From positions 21,440,001 to 21,504,000 of the forward strand of contig CP086569.2 in NCBI GenBank assembly GCA_009914755.4: a DNA stretch of 64,000 bases, given 5' to 3'. A program made the position numbers and the translations under genes. Positions 25,881 through 42,946 of the stretch are shown here, piece by piece (within the stretch, counting starts at the first letter, position 1; each line of letters begins with the position of its first letter). The notes beneath the pieces are model-generated. The model worked only from the letters and a program-made list of their open reading frames with translations, was not told where the DNA came from and did not search any database. This DNA is from the human T2T-CHM13v2.0 reference genome, Homo sapiens.

Positions 25881-27546
25881 CTAAGACAGACATAGGTGAT
25901 GGTCACACACTCCATTGAGAACCATTGTTCTACATCAGGGTTCTCTACAGCTTTTGTTTTACCAACATGTTTATTAAGATTGTTTCCAGACTGTTCAGAG
26001 GAGTAGAAGGATTTTTAAATTTATTTGTAAACATTCAAATACTCACCAACAATATTGTACAATTTACAGTTTTTCTCTGCTTCATCTATCACACCCATCC
26101 TTCTATTCATCTGATATTACACCTTATATTTTGGCACATTTCCAAACTATTACTTACACTTTGAGTTGAAGAAAATAAACTGAGTCCTTAATTGTATTGT
26201 ATATATGCATTTATAAATTTTTACAACATAAAGTACTCTATATTTACAAAATTTTTTAGTTTTTTTTTCTTTGGAATTGTTTCTGAGTAGTACTTAGTAA
26301 CACTACTCTAATGTAATATAAATTTTAAAGTATACCCAAAAAGAAAATGAAAAGAGATGAAAAATGCATTGTTCTTGTGATCCCAGGAAATCTGAGACAG
26401 GTCTCAGTTAATTTACAAAGTTGATTTTGCCAAAGTTGAGGACGCACCCATGACACAGCCTCGGGAAGCCCTGAGGACATGTACCCAAGGTGTTTGGGGC
26501 ACAGCTTGGTTTACTACATCTTCAGGGAGACATGAGACATCAATCAATATATGTGAAAAGAACGTTGGTTCAGTTTGGAAAGGGAGGGCATCTTGTTAGC
26601 CTTTCTAAAGGAGGCAGTCAGCTATGCATCTAACTCAATGAGCGAAAGGATAACTTTTGAATAGAATGGGAGGCCGGTTTGTCTTAAGCAGTTTCCACCT
26701 TGAGTTTTTCATAGTAATTTTGGGGGCCAAAGATATTTTCGTTTCACATTCTAATATTTTCTTCATGTACCTCCCTTTGGGGACCCTGAGCCAGAGGTTT
26801 TTTGGGGGATTAAACAGAATTGGCATTTACTTCATGTTGCAATAACCAAAAGCATAAATATTTTGTTGTAGATTAAGGGCAAATCTGAACATTTCCACAG
26901 TTGGTGGCCTTGGAGGCCTCTTTGGAAAATTCAGAGAACCTATCCAGACTACCTAGTGGAACACAAAGCTACAAACACAGATGTTAGAATAAGGATCTAG
27001 ACATGGCTAAGATTTTTCTCAGGGAGTGGGGGGGAGTATCTTAGAGTTATGCCATTTCCTTTGGAACTAGGCCCATTAAGGTAACGGGAAGGAATGTAAA
27101 GACAATGGCTATTAAAGGAAGTTTAGTTTCTTTTGAGTTTCTTTTGCTTATTACAAGAGAACACTGTAGATTTATAGATGTTCTAGTTTTACTTCTGTGA
27201 CTACATGGACTCAGAATTTGGTTACGACCATATTTATCCCATTTTTAAAGGAATTACATCTATTTTGTCTGTGTCCACCCTCAGAATATAAGATCTGTAA
27301 CCACTACCACAAAAGGAAGTAAGGACATGCAAAACTTCAAAAATGTTCTGATATATGATATACAATAACATTCCAAAAGAGCATAAAGATTTACTGATAA
27401 CAAAAAGGAAATAAGAAAATCTAATATACAGAATACTCAGTTCAAAACGATTTACTTCACAGTTTACCACTGGGAGTCTTTATATGCAGTAGAATGTTGT
27501 AATAAGAGTTATTTTTCTATGGATCTGATGTTCTTTTCAATTACAG

Positions 27547-27552
27547 ATCTAA
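27547..27552 (+). CDS. EIF1AY: eIF1A last coding exon: ATC TAA (Ile144 + stop). The remainder of the exon is 3'UTR.
   Basis: Acceptor gttcttttcaattacAG|ATCTAAATTGAACC. It completes ...DIDDI* exactly as in eIF1A, and the total CDS is 435 nt. Confidence 0.88.
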   Translation: M

Positions 27553-27805
27553 ATTGAACCAAGTGTTTTTACATGACAAGTTCTCTGAGGATGGTTCTAC
27601 AGTTGGGATTTTGGCCATCATCAACCAAGAAGAGAAATTCATTTAGTGTGTAGTTTCTGAAAGCAAACTGATTTATTTTCATTGTTTTAAAGTATTTATT
27701 TCTTTAAAAGCTGAGGACACTGAATTACCTTAAGTTAAATGTTAATACTTTATTGTTTTGATGTAATGGAACTTAAGGATAAAAGACCATAATATTTGCT
27801 GTTAA

Positions 27806-27815
27806 AATAAATAAA
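27806..27815 (+). other. Candidate polyadenylation signal (AATAAATAAA) about 255 nt after the stop codon, implying a short 3'UTR
   Basis: gttaaAATAAATAAAcgagtgcctttcc, the first canonical AATAAA downstream of the TAA. A short 3'UTR and ~17-kb gene fit what I recall of EIF1AY better than EIF1AX, which has a multi-kb 3'UTR. Whether this is the used site cannot be told from sequence. Confidence 0.4.
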
Positions 27816-28426
27816 CGAGTGCCTTTCCTACTGTGATAACGTCAAGTAATTGGATATTTTGAATACATTTCTGCCTGATAATCATGCTGGGTTCTAATAA
27901 GCCCTACTTCCACCTAATCTGTTTACAGTCTTTTGGTATGTTTCAGTTACTTAGATGGTCTCATAAGGTTTCTGATACAATTTGAAGACAGAAATCTGCA
28001 TTTAGAATCAGAAAACATGGACATATTTTTCATATTTATCTAGTCATATGTAATTTTATGCTAACATTGATAGTTTATAAATCCTTTTCATCCTTTGTGC
28101 CTCGGTTATTAAGGAAAAAAAAATGTCCAACATACAGTTTTTAAAGTGTGGCAGTTTTGAGTAGTAACTTAGAATGTATAAGATTAAGAGTTAAAGAAAC
28201 CGAACAATAAGTGGCAACCAATTATCTTAACATTGGAAATACTGGGGTGCCATTTTGTTTTCAAAAGTTATTCATTGTAATCCACTGTTTTGGCTTTCAT
28301 GAACAAGTAAATTACAGTGTATAAATGAAAAGCAATTTCATAATAAATTCTATAAACTGAGCCATTCTCAGACTGTCTCTAAACTGCCATAGGAGGAAGC
28401 AACCGTACTGAATGGAAAGATAGTTT

Positions 28427-29488
<1,062 letters not shown>

Positions 29489-29625
29489 GGCCGATTTTTT
29501 TTTTTGGATACATGCTAGTAAGAATTTATATCATAATCTTCCCTTTTAAAGTTTTGTTCTGAAAGTTATAAGGTGAATATAAAGGCTGGACTTGTTAAGA
29601 GTTTACTGGGTACTGTTAAATCTTA

Positions 29626-31012
<1,387 letters not shown>

Positions 31013-31199
31013 AAGGAGAGTCTTCAGTTAGTTTGTGAAACATGGTATTTGTTCTCCTGAAAATTTTTCAATAATGAAAATATAAAGGGAATCTGTCATC
31101 CCATGGTTTTAGTAATACAAATATATATGTGAGAGAGAGAAAAACTTCCTATGGCTTCTTAAAATCTTGCCATTTTATTTATTTAATGTGAAAACTCTG

Positions 31200-33200
31200 G
31201 ATTCAAAATCTAAGGCCAGAAAGTTGGTACATTATTAAATCTAAGAATAAGAAATAAAAGCTCACAGTATATGCAATAATCCCACTTACAGTAACCACAA
31301 ATAAAACAAAATAGCTAGGAATACAGGTAACCAGAGGTGGAAGATTCCTAAAAGGAGACAAAACACTGTCAAAAGAAATCAGAGATGACACAAATAAACA
31401 TTTCATGCTACTGGGTTGAAAAAGTCAATATTGTAAAAAATGGCTATACTGCTGAAAGCAATTTTTAGATTAAACTACCAATGCCATTCATTCTTCACAG
31501 AACTAGGAGAAAAAAAAATTAAAAATTCATGTAGAAACAAAAAAGTACCCAAATAGCCAAGCAATCCAAAGCAAAAGGAACAAAGCTTCAGGCCTCACAC
31601 TGTCTGACTTCAAAGAATACTACAAAAGCACAGTAACCAGAACAGCTTGGTACTTGCGCAGAAACAGACACATAGACCAATACAATAAAACTCAGAAATA
31701 AAGCCACACATGCATAATCATATGATCTTTGACAAGGCCAACAAATGGGGAAAGGACTTCTCATTCAGTGACTGATGCTAGAATAACTGGCTAGTCATAT
31801 GAATGCAGAATATTAAAGCTGGACTTGTGTCTTTCACCATATACAACAATTAAGGCTTCAATCTGGGAAAGCTGACTGGAAAGAAAAACTCAAGATGGAT
31901 TAAAGATTTAAATGTAATACCACACACTAAAAATTCTGGAAGAGAGTATTTCTGCTACTGATGAGCAAGATTGCTGAATGGAAGGTTCCACTTATTTTTG
32001 CCACCACAGGAACACCAAATTTAATAACTGTCTCAAAAATGAAATGAAAAACCTGGTGAGCTCTCACAGTACCTACTTCTAAATTAATACTGCTGGAAAT
32101 GGAACTAAAGAGAGTAAGACAGACAGTCTTGAATTACAGACCCCACCTCTGCCCACCCACCAGCAGTGGCTGTGTGGCATGGCAAGATAATGTGTGCTAG
32201 TGAAAGGGAGAACACAGTGATTGTGAGACTTTGCATTTAACTCAGTGGTGTCTTGTCACATTGGAAAGCAAAACTGTGCTAAACTCAGCTGATGCCTGTC
32301 TATGAAGGGAACATTTAGACCAGCCCTAACCGGAGAGGAATTGCCCATTCCAGCAGTCAGAACTTGAGTTTTGGCCAACCTCACCACCAGAAGCCAAAGT
32401 GTTCTGGTGACCTACATAATCCTAAAAGGTAACCTAGGCCACAAAGACTGCAAATCCAAGACAAGTGCTAGTTCTGGGTTAGGCTGAAAACCAATGAACT
32501 TGGGGGCCACATGAGACAACAGCTGGGTTGGCTGAGGGAGTGCTTTCACCATCCCTCCCTCAACCCCAGGCATCACAGTTCATGACTCTAAAAGATACCC
32601 CTTATTTCCACTTAAGGACACAATAGAAAAAAGTAGAAAAGACTTTGTCTTGCATCTTGGGTACTAGGCCACAGTAGGATAGGGCAACTGGTCAGTGTTG
32701 TGAGGCCCCACTATTTATAATAGCCAAGATTTTGAAACTACCTCAGTGGCCATCAACAGAAGGATGAATAAAGAAATGTGCTACAGATGCGACAGATTTC
32801 TATTTAGCTATAAAAATAATTAGATCCTGTAACTTGTAACAACCCAGATGGAACTAGAGTTTATTATGTTAAGTGAAATGAGTTGGGTACAGATAGAGAA
32901 ACTACACATGGTCTCACTTATCTGTGTCGGAGCTATAAGTTAAAACAATTGATATCATGGAAATAGAGCATGGAAGGGTAGATAATAGGCTGGTAAGGGT
33001 GTGAGAAAAGGGGGACAGTTAATGGAGCTATAAGTTAAAACAATTGATATCATGGAAATAGAGCATGGAAGGGTAGATAATAGGCTGGTAAGGGTGTGAG
33101 AAAAGGGGGACAATTAATGGATACCAACACTATTTGCAATGAGTGAATATTATCTAGTATATGCTACCACAATTGAGCATAGGTGAAAATAATTGTATTT
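31200..33200 (+). mobile_element. Old L1 (L1M/L1P) ORF2/3' fragment, + orientation, containing a 95-bp two-copy tandem duplication at 32931..33120
   Basis: Degraded ORF2-like sequence (…tacaaaagcacagtaaccagaacagcttggtacttgcgcagaaacagacacatagaccaatac…). The unit AGCTATAAGTTAAAACAATTGATATCATGGAAATAGAGCATGGAAGGGTAGATAATAGGCTGGTAAGGGTGTGAGAAAAGGGGGACA(G/A)TTAATGG is repeated head-to-tail. Confidence 0.55.
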
Positions 33201-33559
33201 TTAAAAAATAACTAGTCAAAATTAATTACATATTTTTAAATAACTAAAGGAATAGAAAGATTGTAACACAAAGGATAAATGCTTGAGGTGATGGATATGC
33301 CATTTGCTATTATGCATTTCATGGCTGTATCAAAATATCTCAAATAAGCCATTAAATGTGTGCACCTTGTTTGTACTTCCCCCAAAATTAAAAATTAAAT
33401 TCTGAAAGACAAGCTAAGAAATACTCTCCTTGATGTCAATTTTGGCAAATAATTTTGGGCTAAGTTACATATAGCAATTGCAACAACAAAACAAATATAG
33501 GCAAGTGGAACTAAAAGACTTATGCATGGCAAAAGAAATTGTCAACAGAGCAAACAAAT

Positions 33560-34470
33560 AACCTACAGAATCAGTGAAAATATTTACAAACTATACATCC
33601 AACAAAGGCTTAGCATCCAGAACATGTAGTAAACTGAAATGAATCAACAAGGGAAAGCCTCATTAAAAAAATGGGCAAAGATCATTAACACTTTTTATAA
33701 GATGTACAAGTGGTTAACAAATACATAAAAAAGCGGTTCAGCATCACTAATCATCACAGAAATGCAAATCAAAACCACAATGAGATATCAACTAACACCA
33801 GTCTGAATGGCCATTATTAGTAAGTCAAAAACCAACAGAGGCTGGCAAGGCAATGGAGAAAAGGAAACACATATAAACCCTGTTGGTGATAATATAAATT
33901 AGTCCAGGCACTGTGGAGAGCAGTTTGGAAATTTCTCAAAGAACTCAAAACTGAACTACCATTCAACCCAGCAAGCCAACTACTAGGTGTATACTCAATA
34001 GCAAATAAATTATTCTACCAAAAAGACACATGCACTCATATGTAATCACTTCTGTTCACTATAGCAAAAACATGGAATCAACCTTGGTGGCCATCAGTGG
34101 TAAACAGGATAAAGAAAATATGCTGTATGTATGCTGTGGAACACTATGCAGCCATAAAAACAATGAAATAATACTGTTTGCAGCAATATGGATGGAGTTA
34201 GAAGCCATAATCCTAATCAATGCAGAAACAAAACCAAATACCACATTTTCTCACAAATTGAAGTTAAGCATTGAGCACACATTGGCATAAATATAAAAAC
34301 TAGATGACTGGAAATGACAGGTGGGCGAGGGGATTGAAACCTACTTACTGGGTACTGTGCTACCCACCTGAGGTGATGGGATTTGTACTCCAAAACAGTA
34401 TCCCACGATATTCTCATGTAACAAATCTGCACCTGGACTTTTATATCTGAAAGTTAAGATTTAATAATAA
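33560..34470 (+). mobile_element. Old L1 3'-end fragment (ORF2 C-terminus + 3'UTR), + orientation
   Basis: …AATGCAAATCAAAACCACAATGAGATATCAACTAACACCAGTCTGAATGGCCATTATTAGTAAGTCAAAAACCAACAGAGGCTGGCAAGG… is the typical L1 ORF2 C-terminal region. Ends A/T rich at ~34470. Confidence 0.7.
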
Positions 34471-37400
34471 TAAATAAGAGAAGACATGAATAACCAAAAT
34501 CAGAAATAAAACAATTACAATGATTAGAATAGAACTACAGAAAATTATTACAGACTGTTATGAGCAACACTATCAAACTGGAAAATTTTAAATGACATTG
34601 ATAAATTCCTGGACATGTAAAACAAAATCAGAAAAAAAATAGATAACCTCAACAGACCAGTAATAACAAAACTGACTCAGTAATAAAATATTTCCAACAA
34701 ATCCAGAACCAAATGGCTTCATTGCTGAATTCTACTAAACTTTAAACATAGAACTAACATTAATTTTACCTGTCTACTCAAACAAAATTAAAGAGGCATG
34801 GCTTCTCCCTAATTCCATGAGGCCAACATTACCCTGATACCAAAATTATACAAAGATTTAAGAAAAAGAAACAACTACAGGCCTATATTGCTGATTAGCA
34901 GAGATCCACAAATTCTCAACAAACTACTAGCAAAGTGAATCTAATAATACATTTTGAAGATAATACCCCATGATCAAGCAGAATTTATCTGATGAATGAA
35001 AAGATTTTCAACATATACAAATCAACATGGACACATCACATTGAGAGAATAAAAGACAAAAATGACATTATCTCAATAGATGCAGAAAAACATTTGATAA
35101 AATTCAACATCACTATGATTTATGAAAACACTTTGGCATGGAATGAATATACTTCAACATAGTAAAGGCCATATATAACAAACACATAGCTAATATCATG
35201 AATGTGGAAAAGCTGAAAACATTTTCTCTAAAAACTAGAATAAGACAAGAATGCCTTCACTCAGCACTCCAGTTCAATATAGTATTACAAGTCCAAAGCA
35301 GAGCAACAAAAGAAATTTAATTCAAATTGAAATAAGGGCGGTCAGATTATCTCTTTGTAGAAAAATCTAAACCAATTGCATATTGAAGAAACCTAAGAAA
35401 GCCTGCTTAAAAGCCAACACCTAACACTAATTAAAAGAGTTTTCTGTGAGATCCAGTAAAGACGGCGATCCCCCTTTTTTTTTAATCACTTGTATTTAAC
35501 TTATTCCTGCAATTTTTAGTCACAGATACTAGGAAGAAAGAAATGCATTCAAATGGAAGGTTTGGACATCTTTTATGTCTTCCAAAGGGAAAAGGTAAAA
35601 TTATCTCTAGATGCAGATAGCACGTTCTTACATGAAGAAGAGCCTAAAGACTCTATCTCCCTGTCCCGTCCCCACAAAATACCCACAAAACAAAACTATA
35701 AACACTAGTAAATGGACTCGGTGAAGTTCCAGAATACAAAATCAACATACAAAATTAGTGACGTTTGTATATATCAATAACAAACTGTCTAAAAGTAAAA
35801 TATAAAAGTATTCTTTGAAAAGAGTGAAAGACAAATGAAAAAATCATTTCATTTGTATTAAGTACTACAGTTGGAGCAAGCAATAAAAATGTTCAAATTC
35901 TAAGAGAACAAACTAGTGAGAAAGTTAGTTTGGAGACTGAGGACTTTGAAGAGTTCCACATACAATGAAGTTTCTAAAAAGCCATCTGCATTTTCAGGGA
36001 AGGATACATGCTCAGAAAGTCCCAGTAGTTCTTTCTCTAACCTTTGTTTTATCTAAAATGTTCAATATAAGCAGAGAGAGTAAATATTGATAAGGAATTG
36101 TAAACAACTGTCCAATCATTGAAGAAGTACGCTACAAGGAAAAAAAAAAAACTCTTTGGACAATGGAGAATATTTTTCTACTTTTTCTTCCTATCTTCCT
36201 ACAGGTGTGTAAAAAATTTCTGTCAAACCTCAAACTAGTAACAAGCAAAATGAACAAAGGTTTTATGACCCTGAGGGACAAAAAACAAATAGAAAGCCTT
36301 CATTATTGTTCACTTTATTGCTATGAGATGCCTTTCAGCCTGTAGTGGAGAGAGTGAACACTGAGATAAAAGTAGTGGATTTCCTGATTTAAGGATATGG
36401 ACATACTGGTACTGGAACCAATCCCTCATGGATACAGAAATATGACTGTGTAGACTGTTCTCAAAAACATTAAAAATAGAACTATCATATAATTAAGCTA
36501 TCCTTTTATGTACATTCAAAGAAAAAATAATGGAATACAGTTCAGCATTAAAAATAAAGTTCTGCTATTTGGGAAAACATGGATAAACCTGGAGAATATT
36601 AACAAGACACAGATAATGCAAATAGAAAAAATACTAATATTGGATGATCACACATATGTGAAGCTTTTATAAGTGAACTAGATAGAAGATAATAGTAGAA
36701 TTCTAATTACCAGGGAGAGGATAGGTGTGGGAAAAATTAGGAGATGTTAGTTAAAGGGTTTTAAGTTTCAGTTATGTAAAATAAATAACTTCTAAAGATA
36801 ATTGCACAGCTTGGTGACTAGAGGTAATACTGTATGTACTTCAAATGTTAAGACAGTAGATGTTAAGTATTTTTTTGCAAACAAAAATAGTAACTTTGGA
36901 AATCTAAATATGTGAATTAGAGTGACTATAGTGATTATTTTGCCACAAATAATGTATATCAAAACATGCTGTACCCTTCAAACATACAATTTCAATGTCA
37001 TTTTTAAAAAAAATTATTTGCGTATATTTTCATCAGGAATACATTTGTTGATAGTTTCCTTTGTTGTTGTGTCCTTGCCTGGTTTGAGAATCACAATAAT
37101 AATAACTTTGTAGAATGAATTAGGAAGAAGTTTATTCTCACTGACTTTTTGGAATAGTTTTACCATAAATTTTATCAAGTCTTCTTTGTGTGGTTGTAGA
37201 ATTTGGCTGAAAATTCATTCATTCCTGGTCTTTTTTCTTGTTTGGGAGATATTTATTACTTACTTAATATTCCTACTCATTACTTTATTGCTGATTCACT
37301 CTTGCTACTTGTTGCTCTGTTCAGGATTTCTCTTTTTTCCTTGTACAATCTTGGTAGCTTGTATGTTTCCAAGAACGTATCCATTTACTCTTGTTTTCTA

Positions 37401-40400
37401 CTTGGTGAGCATATAGTTGTTCATAAAAACCTCAACAAAATACTCTCAAGTAAAATCCAATAATACATTCAAATATAATATACCATGACGAGTGATTTTA
37501 TACAAAAATGCAAGGTCAAGATATCCAAATGAATAAATGTGATTTACCACATAAACATAATTAAAACAAAAACCATGTAATCAGAACAAATGCACAAAGA
37601 AGATAATGCCTCAAATTTTTTTCAAAAAGGTCATAGACAACAAACTCACAGCCAACATCATACTGAATGGAAAAGTTTGAAAGCATTATGTCTAAGAACT
37701 GACACAAGATAAGGCTGTGTCTACTATCACTCCTAGTATTTATCGTAGGAATAGTAGTTCTAGACAGAGAAGTCAGGCAAACAATGGAGACAAAAAGTAT
37801 CCAAATTTTTGGGAATGCAAAAGTTATACTTGCTTGCTGATAATATTTTATATGAAGAAACATCTTAAAAGTTCCACCAAAAACTGTTTGATAAATAAAT
37901 TTGGTTTCAGGATACAAAACCAATGTACAAAAATTAGTAATGTTTCTCTAAACAAATAACGATTCAAATCATTCATTCAAATAAGCACTCTGACTTTCCA
38001 GTGCCAGGCTTTTTTGGTTACTGAAGCCATGAAGTATTGTTTGAAGTTGAGTAATGTGATGTCTGCAGCTTTATTCTTTCTGCCTAGGATTGGTTTGGCC
38101 ATTGAAACTATTGTTTGATTTTAAATAGATTTCAAAATTGATTTTTCTAATTTCTGAAAAAAGTCATTGATAATGTGATAGAAATAGCATTAAACCTGTA
38201 AATTGATTTCGGCAGTGTGACTGTGTTAAAAATACTGATTCTTGCTCTCCATAGCATGGAATATATTTTTTAAAATCTCTGATTCCATTCATTAGTTTTG
38301 TAATTTACCTTGTAGACATCTTTTACCACCCTTGTTAGCTTTACTCATGAATATTTTACTCTTTCTGTGGCCATTTGATAGGATCATATTATCAGTTTGT
38401 TTATTAGCTTGGACCTGCTTGCTTTATAGAAAGCTATAGATTTTTGTGTATTGATTTTGCATCACAAAACTTTGCCAAAGCTACTTATCAAATTTAGAAG
38501 CTCCGGTCACAGATTATTAGGTTTTGAAAATTGTCAGTTCATGTATTTTGCTAGGGTTTTTTAGGTATAGAATTCTAAGATCTGTACAAAAAGGTAGTTG
38601 GTTTCCTCTCTTCCTATTTGGAAGCCTTTATTTATCTTACCTGATTTATCTGGGTACTATCTTGAGTAAGAGTAGGAATCCTTTACAAAATCGATGTGCA
38701 AAAATCACAAGCATTCCTATTCACCAATAAACAAACAGCCAAATCATGAGTGAACTCCCATTAAGAATTACCACAAAGAGAATAAAATACCTAAGAATCC
38801 AACTTACAATGAATGTGAAGGACCTCTTCAAGGAGAACAGCAAATCACAGCTCAGCAAAATAAAAGAGGACACAAACAAGTGGAAGAAAATTCCATGCTC
38901 ATGGATAGGAAGAATCAATATCATGAAAATTGCCATACTGCCCAAGGTAATTTACAGATTCAGTGCCATCCCCATCAAGCTACCAATGAATTTCTTCACA
39001 GAATTGGAAAAAAAAACTACTTTAAAGTTCATACAGAAACAAAAAAGAGCCTGCATTGCCAAGACAATCCTAAGCAAAAAGAGCAAAGCTGGAGGCATCA
39101 CACTACCTGACTTCAAACTATACTGCAAGGCTACAGTAACCAAAACAGCATGGTACTCGTACCAAAACAGATATATTGACGAATGGAACAGAACAAAAGC
39201 TGCAGAAATAACACCACACATCTACAACCATCTGATCTTTGACAAACTTGACAAAAACAATCAATGGAGAAAGAAGTCCCATTTAATAAATGGTGCCGGG
39301 AAAACTGGCTAGTCATAGGTAGAAAGCTGAAACTGGATTCCTTCCTTACACTGTATACAAAAATTAACTCAAGATGGATTAAGGACTTAAGCATAAGGCT
39401 TAAAACCATAAAAAGCCTAGAATAAAACCTAGGCAGAGAATGATGGTTTCCAGTTTCATCATGTCCCTACAAAGGACATGAACTCATCATTTTTTATGGC
39501 TGCATAGTATTCCATGGTGTATATGTGCCACATTTTCTTAATCCAGTCTATCGTTGTTGGACATTTGGGTTGAACCATCATTCCCAGCAAGCTATCGAAA
39601 GGACAAAAAAAACAAACACTGCATGTTCTCACTTATAGGTCGGAATTGAACAATGAGAACACATGGACACAGGAAGGGGAACATCGCACACCAGGGACTG
39701 TTGCGGGGTTGGGGGAGGGGAGAGGGATAGCATTAAGAGATATACCTAATGCTAAATGACGAGTTAATGGGTGCAGCACACCAACATGGCACATGTATAC
39801 ATATGTAACAAACCTGCACATTGTGCACGTGTACCCTAAAACTTAAAGTATAATAATAATAAAATTTAAAAAAAAAAGTATGGAGATTTCTCAGAGAATT
39901 AAAAGTGGATCTAACATTCAATTTAGTAACCCCACTACTGAAAGGAAAAAAATCAGTATATCAAAAGGACACCTATGTTTATTGCAGCACAATTTACAAT
40001 TGCAAAGATAGGAAATAAGCCTGAGTGCCCATCACCTCATGAGTGGATAAAGAAAATATGGTGTATCTATACCATGGAATACTACTCAGGCACAGAAAAA
40101 TGAAATAGTGTCTTTTGCAGCAACATGAATGGAACTGGAATCCAGTTATTCTAAGTGAAGTAACTGAACTCAGGAATGGAAAACCAAATATTGCATTTTC
40201 TAATTTATAAGTGGGAACTAAGCTGTGGGCAAGCACAGGTATACAGAGTGGTATAATGGACATTGGGGACTCAGAATGTAGGAGGATGGATGGAGGATGA
40301 GGTATGAAAAATTACCATTTGGGTACAATGTACACCAGTCGGGTGATGGGTGCACTAAAACCCCAGACTTCACCACTGTACAATCTATCCATGTAAACAA

Positions 40401-41690
40401 AAACAACTTGCACTCCTAAAGCTATTGAAAATTAAAAAAAGGTAACATAGATGTTAAATAGAAACAACTAAATGTAAATATAATTATGTTGACTTATGTG
40501 GGGAATATTTAGAAGAATAACAAACAATAAAAAGTACAATTTTTGGTTAAAAAACAAAAACAAAAACAAAACACCAAACCTAGGCAATACCATTCAGGAC
40601 ATAGGCATGGGCAAAGGCTTCATGACTAAAACACCAAAAGCAATGGCAACAAAAGCTAAATTAGACAAATGGGATCTAATTAAACTAAAAAGCTTCTGCA
40701 CAGCAAAAGAAACTATGATCAAAGTGAACAGGCAACCTTCAGAATGGGAGAAAATCTTTGCAATCTACCCATCTGACAAAGGGCTAATATCCAGAATCTA
40801 CACAGAACTTAAACAAATTTAAAAAAAAAAAAAAAAACCCATCAAAAAGTGGGCAAAGGATATGAACAGACACGTCTCAAAAGAAGACATTTATGCAGCC
40901 AACAGACACATGGAAAAATGCTCATCATCACTGGTCATCAGAGAAATGCAAATCAAAACCACAATGAGTTATCATTTCATGCCAGTTAGAATAGCAGTCA
41001 TTAAAAAGTCAGGAAACAACAGATGCTGGAGAGGATTTGGAGAAATAGCAACACTTTTACACTGTTGGTGGGAATGTAAATTAGTTCAAACATTGTGGAA
41101 CACAGTGTGGCAATTCAGCAAGGATCTAGAACTACAAATACCATTTGTTTTACAAATAGAATCAGCGATCCCATTACTGGTATATACTCAAAGCATTATA
41201 AATCATGCTACTATAAAGACACATGCACACATATGTTTATTGTGGCACTATTCACAATAGCAAAGACTTGGAGCCAACATCAGTGATGGATTGGGTTAAG
41301 AAAATTTGGCCCATATACACCATGGAATACTATGCAGCCATAAAAAGGATGAGTTCATGTTCTTTGCAGGGACATGGATGAAGCTGGAAACCATAATTCT
41401 CAGCAAACTATCACAAGGACAGAAAACCAAACCCCGCATGTTCTCACTCATAACTGGGAGTTGAACAATGAGAACACATGGACACAGGGCAGGGAGCATC
41501 ACACACCAGGGTCTGTCACGGGTGGGAGCCTGGGGGAGGGATAGCCTTAGAAGAAATATCCAATGTAAATGATGAGTTATGTGTGCAGCAAACCAACAAG
41601 GCACGTGTATACCTGTGTAACAAACCTGCACATTGTGCACATGTACCCTGGAACTTAAAGTATAATTAAAAAAAAAAAAAAAAATAGAAA
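34471..41690. mobile_element. Nest of multiple L1 fragments in mixed orientations and ages
   Basis: Sub-fragments: old + ORF2/RT fragment 34471..35470; old + 3' end 36400..36990; minus ORF2 pieces 37000..37470 and 38000..38700; + L1PA-like ORF2 segment 38700..39440; a short inverted piece 39440..39575 joined to a + 3' end 39576..39885; an older + 3' end 39885..40440; a + L1PA 3' portion 40570..41690. Each is recognised from L1 ORF2 protein motifs in the six-frame track (e.g. [21 protein letters not shown]…, [35 protein letters not shown]…) and from characteristic 3'UTR ends (…ACCTGCACATTGTGCACATGTACCCTGGAACTTAAAGTATAATTAAAAAAAA). Confidence 0.7.
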
Positions 41691-42912
41691 TCCTTGTCTT
41701 GTTGCAGTTCTTAAAGAAAATACTGCAAGCTTTTGCCTTGAGGATGTTGCTTGTTACTATTTTGAGGTATGTTCCTTTAATACCTAGATTTTTTCTTAGG
41801 ATCCTTAACATGAAGGGATGTTAAAATTTATCAGAAGCCTTTTTTTAATCCCTTTAGATAACTGATTGAGTTTTGCTTTTAGTTGTGTTTATGAGATGAA
41901 TCACATTGATTGATTTGTATGTGTTGTACCAACCATTTCAGAGATTAAGCCTATCGGTGGATTAATCTTTTGATATAATATTGGATTTGGTTTGCTAATA
42001 TTTTGTTGAGAAATTTGCATATATGTTGATCATAATGATAGCCTGAAATTTTCTTATTTTACTGTTGCTTTAACAGGATTTTATTATCAAAATGCTCCTG
42101 GCCTCATAGAAATAGCTGGAGAGGAGTCTCTTCTCTTCTTTTTTTTTTTTTTTTTTTTGAAATAGTTTTAGTGGAATGGCATCAACTTCTTTTTTATATA
42201 TATCTGGTAAAATTCAGCTCGTCCTGGGCTTCTTTTGGCTCATAAGCTTTATTACTGGTTCAGTTTTGTAACTCATTTTTACTTTATTCAGGATTTCCAT
42301 TTCTTCCTGGTTTAAAGTTGTGAGTTTGCTGGTTCTCAGACATTTATCCATTTTTATAATAGTCTCTGAGGGATTCTTTGTTTTTTCTCTCTGGTCAGTG
42401 GTAGTGTCATTTCTTATTATGTTTATTTTGATTTTTTTTGCTGTGTTAATTTAGTTAGTGACTGCTGATCTTACTTATTCTTTCAAACAACAAGCCCATG
42501 AATTGGTTGATCTTTTGTATGGTACTTCACATCTCTATTATGTTCAAATCAGCTCGGATTTTGGTTATTTCTTCATTTCTGCTAGATTTGTGGTTGGCTT
42601 GCTTTTTTTTTTTTTTCTGGTTCCCCTAGATATGGTGCTATGTTGCTAATTTGCAGTCATTCTCACTTTTTGTTGTGGGCATTTAACACTGTAAACTCCT
42701 TTTAACACTGTTTTAGCAGTGTCTCAGGGGTTTTATTATGTTGTACCTTTCTTTTCATCAGTGGCTAATAAATTCTTGATTTCTGCCTTATTTACTTAAA
42801 AGGTCCTTCAGGAACCAGTTGTTTAATTTCCATGTAATTGTATGGTTTTCCACAATATTCTTAGTATTCTTAGTATTGATTTCTTTCTTTCTTTTTTCTT
42901 TTCTTTTGTTGC

Positions 42913-42946
<34 letters not shown>

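Noticed and set aside
38746-39312. 188-aa + strand ORF ([21 protein letters not shown]...), the longest ORF in the track
   Set aside because: It is a fragment of L1 ORF2 (the region downstream of the reverse-transcriptase domain) inside the L1 nest. It is not a cellular gene and does not cover a complete L1 ORF.
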